A stretch of DNA of 64,000 bases from Octopus vulgaris (GCA_951406725.2 OX597816.1:147188001-147252000), one strand, 5' to 3'. Positions 12,017 to 24,784 are shown, counted from the first letter of the stretch. Notes: a model not told the origin generated them from the sequence alone. Numbers and translations are program-made.

Positions 12017-12988
12017 TTAATGGGGTGTGTCTTGCACATTCGTGATGGTGTCTACAAGTGACTGCCAGGACTTTTTAATGTTAGTGGGTGTGTATGTGTG
12101 CGTGAAGGACCAATCGACTTGTGCAAGATCATTATTGATCGCTTCCCAGTTTGCATTGTGGAAATCCATAGTGTCAAATGGATGAACAGGAGGGATGACA
12201 TTTGTTTTGCATTTTGGCCAGTGAAATCTCAGATCACAGAGAACCATGTCATGGTCGGAGAGTAGGGTTTTCTCCACTGCAATATTGTGGATAGTATCAG
12301 TGTGATTGCTGAAAATTAAGTCTAAGACGTTTTTGTGACATCTCGTTGGTTCGAGTACCAGTTGGGACAAGAAGAAGTCATCCATGAAGTCAAGAAGCGA
12401 TTCCACTGCCTCCCTGTCAGGGGTTGAGAGAGAAGAACCTGGCGGCAGACTGTTTGTAGACCAGTCAACCCCGGGAAGGTTGAAGTCTCCCATCATTAAA
12501 ATGTTGTCAGGTTGACACTGCTGAATGAAACACTTTATGCTGTTGAGGCATTCCTTGAAGCATGGTAGGGGCGTTTGGGGTGGTCTGTAGAGCCCAACTA
12601 CTGTTAAGTTGTTGGTTTGACTGAATACAGCGACTGCTTCGCAGTATCCATTCGAAAATATGTTCATGGCTTCTGTTGGGAATGAATCATGGACATAAAT
12701 GGCAGTCCCACCTTTTCTTCTGCCAGCACGATCAGCACGAATGGTTTTGAAATTTTTAACTTTCACCTCGGCTTCCAAGTGGAGGTCACTAAGATGGGTT
12801 TCAGTGAGGACGAAGAAAGGGATGTGGTTTGGATGGGCCTCGACCCAGTCCTCCAGGAATCTTATCTTCCATTTTTGTGTATTGGTGGAAGGGCTGATGC
12901 CTTGGGCATTAAGCAGAAATGTTGAGGCGAGAGTGGATGGTTTTAATTGTTTTGGTGATTTGTTTATTTGATTGCTTTTTAATGGCAT
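12017..12988 (-). CDS. Family A copy 1 APE-type endonuclease ORF (323 aa, intact)
   Basis: LLNAQG, LTETHL, DRAGRRKGGTAIYV, YRPP, MGDFN, LDLIF and SDH motifs of the EEP/APE family. Confidence 0.85.
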   Translation of the reverse strand: MPLKSNQINKSPKQLKPSTLASTFLLNAQGISPSTNTQKWKIRFLEDWVEAHPNHIPFFVLTETHLSDLHLEAEVKVKNFKTIRADRAGRRKGGTAIYVHDSFPTEAMNIFSNGYCEAVAVFSQTNNLTVVGLYRPPQTPLPCFKECLNSIKCFIQQCQPDNILMMGDFNLPGVDWSTNSLPPGSSLSTPDREAVESLLDFMDDFFLSQLVLEPTRCHKNVLDLIFSNHTDTIHNIAVEKTLLSDHDMVLCDLRFHWPKCKTNVIPPVHPFDTMDFHNANWEAINNDLAQVDWSFTHTYTPTNIKKSWQSLVDTITNVQDTPH

Positions 12989-14224
12989 GTGCAGTGGGGT
13001 ATTTGTGGTGGATGGTGGTGGGTGATAGCTCGGATGTTTTTTTCCAGTTCTTTTGCTAGATTCATCATAGCTAAAAAAGAGGAAGAAGAGGTGGTTTCCT
13101 GTCTAGGGAACTGCAGGTGACTGTGGCCGCGGCTATTTTTATGTGAGTGGTTATCTTTAAATGTCCGACGAGTCCCCGGGAGATGGGTAAAGGGGCAATC
13201 CCTGTGCAGACACAATCTGTCTCGCTGGGAATAGCGGCAGATTTGGGGATTCCTTGTTTGAGATATTGGTGGTTGTGGTGGTGTTGTATTATGGTGGTTG
13301 CTGTTGTAGTTTGTGGGGATAGAGCGTTTTGTTCCAGGTAAATGGGTGAATTTGCAGTCTCTATCAGTGCACAGTCTATGGCGAAGAGAATATCGGCAAA
13401 TGATGGGGTTTCGAGTGGGTGTGTAGGTGCGTGTGTGTGTGTGAGTTGTGAAAGGTGTAGATGATAGTTTGTTGAAGTTTTGGCGACCTTTGTGACCTGT
13501 AGGAGGTAAATTCCTTGAGATAGCATTAGTAGTAGTAGTTGTAGTAGTAGTAGTAGGTAGAAGAGATGTTGACAGTGGTAATGATTGAGAAGGTCGATTC
13601 CAAGACAAAGATGTTTGTCGATACATAGTTGGAGTTGTACTAGTAGTAGTAAGCAGAGGAGATGGTGTTGACAATGATGATGATTGAGCTGCTGGGGCAG
13701 TGAAAGGAGGGGGGTGCTTCCTGCTGTGTGACCCTGATGACTGGGGGATCAATCGTTTCGTTTAGCAAATCAGCCATTGTAGATGAATCGAGGAGTGGTT
13801 CATCCTGTTGTTGTTGCTGTATCTGTTGTTGTTGTTGCCGCTGAGTTTGTTGTTGAGGTTGTTGTTGTTGTTGCCGCTGAGGTTGTTGTTGTTGCTGTAG
13901 CTGTTGTTGTTGTTGTTGCCGCTGAGTTTGTTGTTGTTGAGGTTGTTGTTGTTGTTGTTGCGCCGGTGATGCGTTCGAAGAGAAAACACATCTCAGTTTA
14001 TCGAAGTGTTTATTTATTAATTTAAAAGCAACTTCGATTTGTTTTAATTTACTTTGTATCTGCTGTTCAGATCGAGTTTGCAAATGGTGAACTGCTCGTT
14101 TAGCAATTTCGTTCAGATACGAAGCACCTATGCTCTCTGTTTCGGTAAGGCCATGTCATGTGTTGATAAGAACGTCGACTTCATTATCAGACCAGTTTTT
14201 GTTGGATTTTTGGTGGCTAGCCAT
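12979..14224 (-). pseudogene. Family A copy 1 ORF1 (disrupted)
   Basis: ATG at 14224. TGG>TGA at ~14157 and a 2-nt deletion at ~13712 relative to the intact copy 2 ORF1. Longer polyQ. Confidence 0.85.
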
Positions 14225-14689
14225 TCTGGTTGATATGTTTTATTAAATTTTATTTTGTTCGTTTGTTTTGTTGATTACTTTTAATTATTTTATTTTATTT
14301 TATTTTATTTATTTATTTTTTTTTTTTAAGGAGAAGTATGTAGAATTGGTTGTACAGAATGTTTGCTGTAATACTGAGAAGTTTGTATTTGAATTATGAG
14401 CTTGTAGTTATTTTATCTTTCTTTTCTTTTCTTTTTTTCCCTCTTTTTCTAATTTTTAATGTGTGGGTGATTCTTTAGTTATCAGAAGGTGTTTGAAAAT
14501 ATTTGGTCGTTTGAAAGTTATGAAAATAGTTTGTGGTTAAGGAAAAGTCTACTCACGAGTTGGGAAAAAGCGTGGTTTCAAATATACAGGATTATATGTG
14601 ATGGTCAATTACGACGAATGTAGCTGTGAAGCTTGCTGCTGACCGGCGCAGAGAGGAGTAAAAACACGTCTTATCGTCTCAGCTTCAGG

Positions 14690-14692
14690 ATA

Positions 14693-14746
<54 letters not shown>

Positions 14747-14886
14747 CATATATATATACATACATATATATATATATACATACATATATATATATATACA
14801 TACATATATACATATACATATATATATATACATACATATATCTATATATATACATACATATATATATACATATATATATATATATA

Positions 14887-14924
<38 letters not shown>

Positions 14925-15003
14925 CATATATATATATATATATACATACATATATCTATATATATACATACATATATATATACATATATATATATATATA
15001 TGC

Positions 15004-15036
<33 letters not shown>

Positions 15037-15118
15037 CATACATATATATATATACATACATACATATATATATATATACATACATACATACATACATACA
15101 TACACATATATATATATA
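14690..15118. repeat. (TA)n/(TACA)n microsatellite with an internal ~115 bp duplication
   Basis: Variant markers TCTA...TGCA recur at ~14841-14890 and ~14955-15004. Confidence 0.9.
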
Positions 15119-16920
15119 AATGCAGAGAGGGAGTATGTTGTAGGAGCAAGACGTGTCGTGTTGTAGATAATCGCTCGTCTATATGTTCCATGAGACCTCT
15201 GGACATCTTCATGTTGTTTCTGTGAGAAATATCCAACATAACTAACGGAATTCTCTGTCAAGAAGTAAAACAGCACTTAGTCTGGGATCACCCACATGTT
15301 AATTTTTACAACGGACCACCAATGCATAACTATCTATGCTTATTTATGGTAAAAACACCACGATTTTATGTATAAACATGTGTTGTTGTTTTTTCTGTTT
15401 GTTTGTTTTTTGTTAGTCCCACAAATCTCCTTTACATGTCGAATCATAACCGAACAAATCTCAAAATATGAATCCTTTTATAAATATTCAAACTAATACT
15501 GCAGTTTCCGAATATCAATACTATTTAACGATGTAAACGGGTCAGATGTGTTATAAATAAATATGCACTCATGCATGCGCAGACAATCCGAACTATAGGT
15601 TTTATGCGTCAGCCTACGTCCAGCTGTATCTGAGTCTGTCAATGTATTTACATAAATATGTGGTCGGTGTTTATGATCGCATATATATTAGGAGTTTTTT
15701 TGCCTACTATAGACGTTTGCTTTTATGACATGCGGAAATCAGATAAGATATTTCTAATGATCGTGTTTCCATGTAAGGATAGACATCTTTATAGTTATTC
15801 GCTGCCGACTAAATATGCATTTCACAAAATACGTTGTTCAATGAGTGAATTACTAAGTTTGTGGTAAATTAACCACCGCCAACAAAGAATTCTGCGCTTT
15901 CATTCGAGACAACTCTGCTGCAAATATTCGAAGCAGAAATGTCCTTCCTTGTACCAAAATTACTTAACTCACTTTCCCACGTGTTGGGCATTGTCAATGG
16001 CATCTACACGATTTAAGGATACAATCCTTCAGGGAAATATTAGTTCTACATTGTTGTCAGAAGGTCAGCAATTTAAGAGCACTGGGTAAGCCGGGAAAAA
16101 ATACCGATGAGCATTTTATCCGGCGCGGTACACTCCTGCCAGCGCCACGCCATTCTTGAGTAAACTATTAAGATGTGATTTCAATCATGTTTGTTATTTT
16201 ACTGTTTTAAAATAACATATTTCTAAATCACACACACACACACACACATGCACACACATATACACACACACATATATGCATGTATATTAGCATATTGACT
16301 AATCACACAGCTCAATGTCTGTAGCCAGAGATAACGCGACGTTATTTTTCACAGGTCTTGTGCCATTTAATTTGTATTGCAACCTTTTTGATTTTGATTT
16401 GCATACTTTACACGCCTGAGCAGACGGTCTGTTTGATGTTTGTTAGGCTGGGGGAACAAAAATGTATGAATTAATATAATCAATTCACAGAGGAGCAACC
16501 TGTAATATAATGACTATATAATCAAGCATGCCAGCTGATTTCTTTAATATTGATCATTTAATGATATTATATGCAGAATATATAAATATATAATATGTAT
16601 GTATATGCATATTATATATGCATACACATATGCACACAAATATATAACAATTTTATTTATCTCTAGCTTTGAAAATAATTCACACACACACACATTCTTA
16701 TCATGTTAAAAGCATACATATGCGGCCAATTAATTATCGACCTCTTGCTAATAACATTGCACTTGACAATAATATTCTTCTTATGAATATTTTCAACTTT
16801 ACTGTTTTCATTGTATAGATGTATATGGAATTCTGTGTGTGAGTATCTGTTTATATACGTATAATTATACGTGAGCATATACGTGTGTATGCATATGTAT
16901 GTACGTTGTGTGTATGCATG

Positions 16921-16941
16921 CAGACAGACAGACAGACATAC

Positions 16942-17014
<73 letters not shown>
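16921..17014. repeat. (GACA)n(GATA)n microsatellite at the Tx1 3' end
   Basis: Direct reading. Confidence 0.95.
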
Positions 17015-18770
17015 TGTTTCTTTATTAGCCACACAGGGCTGCACACAGATAGAACAAATTACAAGGTAGAGCTTTTCTTTTGAGGGTTTAAAAAAAAAAG
17101 GAGAGGGGGGAGTTTCGATCAAAAGGGATCGTAAAAGGAGAGAAAGAGGACAAAAAAAAAGGGGGGGTTAAAATAAAAGGGGGAGAGGAAAAAATTGATC
17201 AATAGGGATCGTTATCACAGGAATGTCAATATGAAGTGTAAAGGGGAGGACAGGTGAGGTTTACCCGTGGAAAGAAAAGCCTACGGGAAAGACCACGGTA
17301 ACCTCGGTCAATGAAGTCACATGTTATATTTCTTTTTTTTTTTTTTTTGCAAATAAGCAACTCTCTGTAATGATTTTTATGGTTCATAGAATCATAGTCA
17401 AGGTGGCTTCGTCATTCATACGTGCCATCCTTGCTACATTCACCCATCTTTTTTAAAACATTCACTAGACAAAACTTGCCTCTCTACTCACTTTCCTCTT
17501 CAAGTGATACTTGAAGAAGTTGATGAGAGATTGACCAGAGAGGAAAGTGTTTCTCTCTAATCCTTTCAGGCGCGTCCACCAGATACATTCTTTCGCCATA
17601 GCCACAAGTATGATAAAAATAGCTCTTCCTTCCCGTTTGAAGGAAGGAGGCGTGACGATATTAACGATAGACTCGGCTGATAAACCGACACGTCCCACAC
17701 GTGACAGCAGTCGTTCGACATAAGCCCACAGGTCGGAAATTGCTGGACACTGCACGAGTGCGTGCAGAGCGGTTTCGTCGCTCTGCCCGCATCTCGGGCA
17801 GGTCGGCCCCGTGTTTCTCGAGCCATGCCTATAGAGCTTATCCCGAACGGGTAGCGCTTCTCGGCAGCACCGCCAGGCCAGGGATCTCTGGAAGTTGTCC
17901 ATAGGTCCCGGGCCGAAAGTCGTTTGAAACAGGCGGGTCAGGTATTCCTCGTCGACGCCCAGGTTTGCCCCGAGCTCGTCGTCGTACCTCCCCTCCACTA
18001 ATCCCCTATAGAATGCTTTGGTTGTGTTGAAGTCACTCAAGGTCGACCCGGGACGGCAGAGTTGCTTGAGAGCAACGCGACACTCGCGGTGCCATTCGCC
18101 CTTCCTCGGCCTCTTTTTGATCCACGACTGTAGTTCGGTCATGGAGACGAGTTGCGGGAATGCGTGCCTCACAAACGGCGACCACACTTGTTCACCGTCG
18201 TCAACATAGAGCCGGAGGTGTCGCAGTCTCAGCGCGTGTCTGCGCATCATCAACCACGGCATGCCCAGCCCTCCTTTTAACGGGTGTTGACAGCAAATGG
18301 ATCGCCTGACCATCGGGACGCATCCTTTCCACAAGAAGCGGAAGAGGATGCGTTCTAGTTTGGTGATGGTAGTGTCGGGACAAGGTACGACGGTCAGGCG
18401 GTAGTAGATGATGGACGCGATGTACGCGTTTGCCACCTCCGCCCGACCTTTTAGGGACAGTTTCCTCTCGGCCCATTGCTGGGCGAGAGTGACCACCCTA
18501 CTCGTTATCTCGTTCCAGTTCTTCTCCATTTGGAGGTCCGGACTGAACCAGACCCCGAGCAACTCAACCGAGCCGTCTGTCCAGCGTCCCACGACGGAGG
18601 TACTGGTGGACGGCATGGGCTTGCTTCTCCAGGTGCCGAGCCGCAAGCCCACTGACTTTTCCCGGTTGATTTTTGCTCCTGTCACCGCTTCGTAGTCTTT
18701 CAGTGTCTCGCCGACCCGCTCGATGTGCTCGTGGCTTGACACTATGAGGGTGACGTCGTCCGCATATGCT
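17015..18770 (-). mobile_element. 5'-truncated Tx1/L1-type non-LTR retrotransposon
   Basis: Begins at AYADDVT. Contains TGAKINREKS, LSLKGRA, LERILFRFLW, HPLKGGLG and a zf-RVT CPRC...ETALHALVQC. A small deletion near 17490 shifts off the last ~35 codons (..RWVNVARMARM..). The 3' UTR ends with AATAAAGAAA then (TATC)n. GC-rich relative to flanks. Confidence 0.9.
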
Positions 18771-19318
18771 ATTGTTATTGTTGCTGCTGTTGGTGCGGTT
18801 GAAGTTGTTGTCGTTGTGTTGTTTTTGTTGCTTCGGTTGTTGTTGTTGTACATGTTTAAATTCCAACGTATTTTTGTGAGAGACTTTTCAATTTCAGAGA
18901 GGGATCGGATACTATTTACCTTATTGTAGGCAGCGTATTTTGGCGGTAGTCGAAGTATTGACTTTTCATCTGGGTCAGTTACTATTCCCCCACAGATGTT
19001 CGCTTCGTTGTCCATGTTGAATCCCGCTGGTAGTGAAGCATCTGCCATAACGATTCCGTTTATTGTATCAGGGTACTTCTGTTTCTCTTCTTTTGCGAGT
19101 TTGCGTTGTTGTTTACGTTTCAACGGCGAGAATTTCCTTCTAAAATGTCTATTGCACTGGCGTATATTATGTGCGTTCTCTACATGTATTATATCCATAA
19201 GTGTGGTTATTTCTGTTCGTGTGGTGACCCTTCTAATTCCTCTTAATAACATGAGTCTGCGGTTTTTTTGTTCGCTTAGTTCTCTATAGATTTTGTTTTT
19301 TATGTTCACCGTTAGCAT
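17465..19318 (-). CDS. Chimeric open frame (617 aa from ATG): PLE-like N-terminus + N/T microsatellite linker + Tx1 RT C-half
   Basis: Track ORF 17465-19426 starts at TTG; the first ATG is at 19318. Base composition switches at the linker. Function is doubtful. Confidence 0.35.
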   Translation of the reverse strand: MLTVNIKNKIYRELSEQKNRRLMLLRGIRRVTTRTEITTLMDIIHVENAHNIRQCNRHFRRKFSPLKRKQQRKLAKEEKQKYPDTINGIVMADASLPAGFNMDNEANICGGIVTDPDEKSILRLPPKYAAYNKVNSIRSLSEIEKSLTKIRWNLNMYNNNNRSNKNNTTTTTSTAPTAATITIAYADDVTLIVSSHEHIERVGETLKDYEAVTGAKINREKSVGLRLGTWRSKPMPSTSTSVVGRWTDGSVELLGVWFSPDLQMEKNWNEITSRVVTLAQQWAERKLSLKGRAEVANAYIASIIYYRLTVVPCPDTTITKLERILFRFLWKGCVPMVRRSICCQHPLKGGLGMPWLMMRRHALRLRHLRLYVDDGEQVWSPFVRHAFPQLVSMTELQSWIKKRPRKGEWHRECRVALKQLCRPGSTLSDFNTTKAFYRGLVEGRYDDELGANLGVDEEYLTRLFQTTFGPGPMDNFQRSLAWRCCREALPVRDKLYRHGSRNTGPTCPRCGQSDETALHALVQCPAISDLWAYVERLLSRVGRVGLSAESIVNIVTPPSFKREGRAIFIILVAMAKECIWWTRLKGLERNTFLSGQSLINFFKYHLKRKVSREASFV

Positions 19319-19400
19319 TTGTTTCAGCCTTTCAGCTTGACCTTTGGTGAGTTCTAGTCTTTCCACGCTGGACGTGATTCCTCCGTGGTTTTGTTTGGCA
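18850..19400 (-). mobile_element. Penelope-like ORF N-terminal fragment
   Basis: Basic helical region plus DPDEKSILRLPPKYA...EIEKSLTKIRW, resembling the pre-RT motif (E..vL.LGpKf....iE....k.RW) of PLE ORFs. Confidence 0.5.
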
Positions 19401-19454
19401 TAAAATAATGAAATAAATATATACAAATTATAAAAATAATGAAAAATATATAAA

Positions 19455-19520
19455 GTACAGTACTGTTTCTACTTCGCGGATTTTTGGAACGTAACACCCG
19501 CGATAGTCGAGGGTTTACTG
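19455..19520 (-). mobile_element. pogo/Tigger-like terminal fragment
   Basis: Minus strand TA|CAGTAAACCCTCGACTATCGCGGG...GTTCCAAAAATCCGCGA resembles pogo-family TIRs. Partner TIR not found. Confidence 0.5.
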
Positions 19521-21440
19521 TACCTATGTTTAGCTATGATCACAACAATAGGTTTTCTTTCTGTCTGTATGTAATCCCTTGTAAACGCATGAACAAAAGT
19601 GCTTTACATGTCGAAGTATAACCGAACACATTTTATAATGCATAACATTAAGAATTCTTAATTCAGAGCGAAATGTCACGTATTTATATACAATAAATAT
19701 TATCTATAATATTATGAAGTAGTTGATTAGATTCGATTTTTTACTTTCCACATTCCGTGTTTGAATAATACCGAGGCAAAATGTACCACCCCACCCCCAT
19801 CATCCTAATTCTGGATTAATGACTCGCCATTGAGTCAGTGTCATCGATGTAACCTCTTTATTTCAAAAATTAGTGTTGCCCTTTTATTGAGGCCTCTCAC
19901 CGATAAAATATTACACAAGTATCATTAGTGCATAATAGTTCCATAAACGATAGTAATAATGTTATGACTCATACAATAATGGGCTCCAAAATCATGTCTG
20001 ACATATCTGTAATGCGACCTTTCTTGTGGTTTGTGTTTGCAGTAAAGGTCTGAAGTCACGTTTACTGGTATAGGAAAATACGTACACTACAGCCTTCGAT
20101 GAGCTTCTCTTGGATAGAAAAATTATTCAAAGAATTAATAAATGTAATCAATACGAAGATTTCATATAGAATTGTATATCTGCGTTTGCGTAATTTTCTG
20201 ACACGGGTGGAAGGAAAAATATCCAATAATTTCCGACGGCCATTCAATCATATATTGTCTGAACTTATGTATTACTGTTATAACGCTTCATATTCCTATC
20301 TTTTTCGCAATATCATATGTGGTTTGATGTTTTAAACAAGTTATATCAAAGTTATGTATTATGTGCAAAATATTATATCTACGATGTGGACGTTCTTTGA
20401 ATGTTTTTTTTTTATCATCAAGAAAGTCTGAGTTCCACCACAGACATATATATCCGTGTGTCTCTGTGTGCATGCGAGCATTTCTGTGTGCGGGTATGCG
20501 TATATTTCTCTCCGTGTGCGAATCACAATTACACCATAACGAATTAATGTCTGAGAATAATAGAAAACTAAAAGTTTGTAAAATATATTTAGAATATTTG
20601 GCTTGTAAAGCAGTCGCTTCAAGCAATGTAGAGTATAACATCAAAACTAAGATTGTATATCAGAGTAACAGAGATACTACAGAGGACAAAGAAGAGCCAC
20701 CCGTTATTAGACCGACACAATACTGTCAGTTCCAATGAATATGGTGAAACTCACATGATGTAAGTGAAAGAGAATGGAAACGAAACAGACATAAAAATGT
20801 GTACAACTAGTTGAGCACAAAATGAACAGTTTAATATCAGCGAAAAAGTTCTTATTTATTCATATATTTAGATACCATGATCGATGCTGTCTCAATTTGA
20901 ATCAATTTCTAAGAAGCAACTTTCTGACTTGGACGAAATTCAGTAACATTTTGTCTCTAAATTCTGGCTTTTATTATTCTGCGGTGAGTACGCAATTTTA
21001 CTTTATCGTTTATCAGTATTTATGACATGGAGAAGAATATTTTATATTCTTATCAAAATCTCTTTCCTCATTCCGCTTATCGTGATATAGTCAATGGTAA
21101 TCATATACCTTTTGTCATTTATTACTTTGTTTTCATATCAGTGAAATTATTTCTTAGTTTGTATATCAACTTTTATCATTTTCCAACCGAGTTAAGTCAA
21201 GCTTAACTTTTATAATTTCCTGTTATCATAAGTTGGCCTCCTTACACATGGGGTCAATTTATGTTTGTTTTACTATCAGCATTCGTGGCTAATGTATTTT
21301 ACGTATCTTTGCTCACATGTATGCATTAATTTTAACTGTTTGGGGGTATTGAATGCTCTAAGTATTACGTTAAGGTACATCAAAGAAAAGATGGTTTGCA
21401 ATGTGCGTGCGCATCTACATAACTATATTCTTTAAGTAGT

Positions 21441-22040
21441 ACCCCTCTGATGAGCGTCTACACATTAGCTACCTCCCTAGTATCCAACTCCACACTTCAA
21501 CTCTATTCCCTTATAATCCGCCAGGCTCACAATTACGCACACGTGTGCTAAAGAGTCCTCTGAGGACTTCAAAACAATAGGGATCCGGCTCCTTTTGAAG
21601 TTATTTGAAACACCCTCAAAGTATGCGCCACAGAACTGGCCTTACCAACATTTTCTTCATCACATTACTGTGATATATTCGAAATGTTGGAAACATACAA
21701 AATTGTTCCCAATTTCCCCAAAATGTAACATCATTCTTCCAATTATCCTCTTAGCGTATTTAATTCTAACACCTAAAAGGTGATTCATTCTCCGTTAATG
21801 TCAATGTTCTCCTTCATCTTGTAACACTCCCTTTCTCAACAAATTGAAATTTCTTAAAGGTAAATCTACTGGAGACTCTTTCTAATGTTACTCCTCTTTG
21901 GGCTCTTGCTCTCGCGGATTTAGGTGAAACGTGCGTAGGTGTCTTCAAAAACAAAGCATTCGACTGTATTTACTATACAAATGTGAAGCGAATCGGTTTC
22001 CAGACATACCACGCCATCTGGGGGGGCCTGGATAAATATA
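21441..22040 (+). mobile_element. Probable solo Penelope-like pseudo-LTR with a split hammerhead core
   Basis: CCCCT-CTGATGA (21447-21453) ... GAAAC-GTGC-GTA-GG (21926-21939); ends at a short TA run. Confidence 0.4.
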
Positions 22041-24764
22041 TATGAAAATTAGAGGGAAAGAGTAGGGAGGGATATACAACATATCAACTTTTTTTGCGTC
22101 AAATTTCGTTTTCTTTTGCCTTTTACTTTTCTCCTCCTATATCGAAACAGTCAGTCATTCGTTGACGGTAATTCCAATAGCAACTACTCTTCGATGACGC
22201 TGCCCTTTCTTTTTTACTAATATTCCGCATCAATATTTCTCCTAATACAACCCAGATACCTCGTGCCTCACTTGAATATAGGCATAGAAAACATTCCCGA
22301 ATGTGCTTACGCCAAATTCGTTTCCTTCAACACAATCACTGAACATACGAACACAATATTTTAGCACACATACCTATATCAAACTTGAACACAGCGCAAC
22401 TAAAAATATGGCAGTCGTTACATGATTCAACATGACTAAGGATGTATTCTGAGTCACTCATTCACATCTCACTTCTCTATTTAAGACCAAATTATACCTA
22501 CATACATTCTCGGAGTTGACTAGTATCTGGCTAATTCCAGCCTGCTTAAAATATTATGCACAAAATTCCTTGATCCAAATATGGGTTCTCGGGATTTCCC
22601 TCCCAATAGGTATTGTCCTTGCAGCTGTCCACTTGCAATTGTTCAAGAAAAATATTAACCACGTCAATATCATCACTCTCTCGTGAGAAAGTAGCGCAGA
22701 TACCTCTCCGCATATAAATATATCCATGTGTCTGCCATGGCTTTCCCATGTTGAATATTTGTACAATTAAAGTGACATTCGATAATTTCGAACACAGTCA
22801 ATTCGGGGAAATTGATTTTTAGATTTGATAAAATCTTTAATAACCGAAGTAATAAAAAATATGATTTCGGTCATCTAAAGGATCGTTCTTACTTTGAGGT
22901 TATACCTGTTTTAACTTCGCTTACATCCTTAATATTTTCTGTCCGATATCAGTTTCACCGAATGGATTTCTTTCAATCTGTGTGTGTTTGTGAGTTTGTG
23001 TCTGTGCGCGCGTGCGTATGTGAATGATTCTTTGCTCTGCTGAACTTTTCATCTTTTTTTTTTGGTTGTTTGACAGATGAGCACTGAAACTTACTATTAA
23101 TTCACCTCTTAGTGTAGCGTGATATCAAATGCAAAATGTTTCCAGTTCTGAAAATCTTTAACAAGCCACTGCGTAGCTTTGGCATCATTATATTTAGTGT
23201 CTGCGAGTAATTATACATCAGGAAAATTTGTCAATACATTGCAAAAACAGTTTCATTTTACACGATACATCTTTCAATCTGTAAATGAATTGACGCAATG
23301 TATAAGATGGTGATCTATCCAGGAACACAACTTCACGTTAACATTACGTGAATAGAAGTATTTAGTGAAACTTCGATAAATTGAATATGTTAACATGTGT
23401 CTATTTTTATGCTTGGCACCGTATATAGGATTATCCTTATAATACTAAACCCTTCTCTTCATTTCCCCTTGGAAGTTTGTTTGAGAATACACGCAAATAA
23501 TTATATTTGTGTATGTGTGCTTGTATGTACATGTGTGCACTACATATGAATAGGTTTATACGTGTGTCTATTTTAGTTTATTTATCGACTATGTAGAGTT
23601 AGGAAAATTCTTAGTAACTCTGCTATTAGATAAGATAACGCTGCTGAGCAAAAGATAGTTTCAAAACCTACAATGAAAATAAATCTTTTACAAACAAAAT
23701 GCATAAACTCAATATAACAATGTAAGTAGCTCTAAATATATAATTTTGGAATTGCTCCTTTACATCTGTAAAATATTCATCAATATAGACTTTCTTTCAC
23801 GAGTGTTATTTAAACCTGTGTGTTATTTTATATTTATGCATTTCATATCGTCTTTATTTCAACGGGGTATCGGTCATCCCTTTCAATTCTGCTTTCTTTC
23901 TAATGGCATATAATGGGTAATTTTATCTAGTCTATTGATCTATTTTAAATAAATTTATTGGAAATATGCATCTATACGACGCTTGTCGAAAAACCATGTA
24001 TGCATAACGAAGGAGAACACTATTTTTGAATGCTAAGAATATATGCAGCGATCAACCAAATCTAATCAAACATCAAATACAGCGTCGTAAAGTTACAAAT
24101 AGCCTTTGGGGATTTTAGCACCATCAATTTTTATCTATTGTAAGGTTATATAATATCATCGATTCAAACCTCCTTAATATTCTACAGGCATAAATGCTTT
24201 ATTAATCTCTTAGAATAAGTCAACACCGGTGTTACCTGAACTGGGAAATGACAGGTTCCATAGTAAAGAGTATGAAGCATTTAATTTGTATGAATTGTGT
24301 TAGTTTGCAATTCTTATTTCACTCTGTTGACATGGATTTCAGGCTTAATTTAGAGACTTGGAATTTTCCATACGAATATAAATTATGCATAAGCAGAATG
24401 CAATGTATCAGCGGGATATACAAAATGAAAATGTATTCGAAAGTTGTAGCAGTTGTACACAACAATTTTCTGCGGTAAAAGCAGTAGGACAAATTCCTCG
24501 CTGGGTATTTCGAAAATATACACTGCGTTTCAAACATTGGGTGAGTTAAAAATAATTATTATTCACACTTTACGCATTGAACCACTCATATCTTAAATCG
24601 AAGGATGACTTAACTAAAAGGAAATATTTCTCAAAAAAAAACCCCCAGCTGAAAGCAATCACTAAACACAGTTATTCATAATTAGCTGTAATGTTGAATC
24701 AAGCTTTAGCTAAAGAATCTTTAAATCTTTCGCTATCCCTCCCTACTATTCTCCTCTAATTTTC

Positions 24765-24784
24765 ATATATATACGAGAATCCTA

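Larger units (their letters stand above)
9883..14689 (-). mobile_element. Full-length CR1/L2-group LINE family A, copy 1
   Basis: Near-identical reverse complement of 38082-42857, with the same 5' end (CCTGAAGCTGAGACG) and a (TTCTAAGTTA)n tail. Contains ORF1, APE endonuclease and RT. Both ends lie in TA arrays. Confidence 0.95.

Noticed and set aside
22546-22766. Coding-looking stretch, possible host exon (also 15120-15300, 35392-35790, 60240-60750)
   Set aside because: No recognisable domain or convincing splice-site pair.
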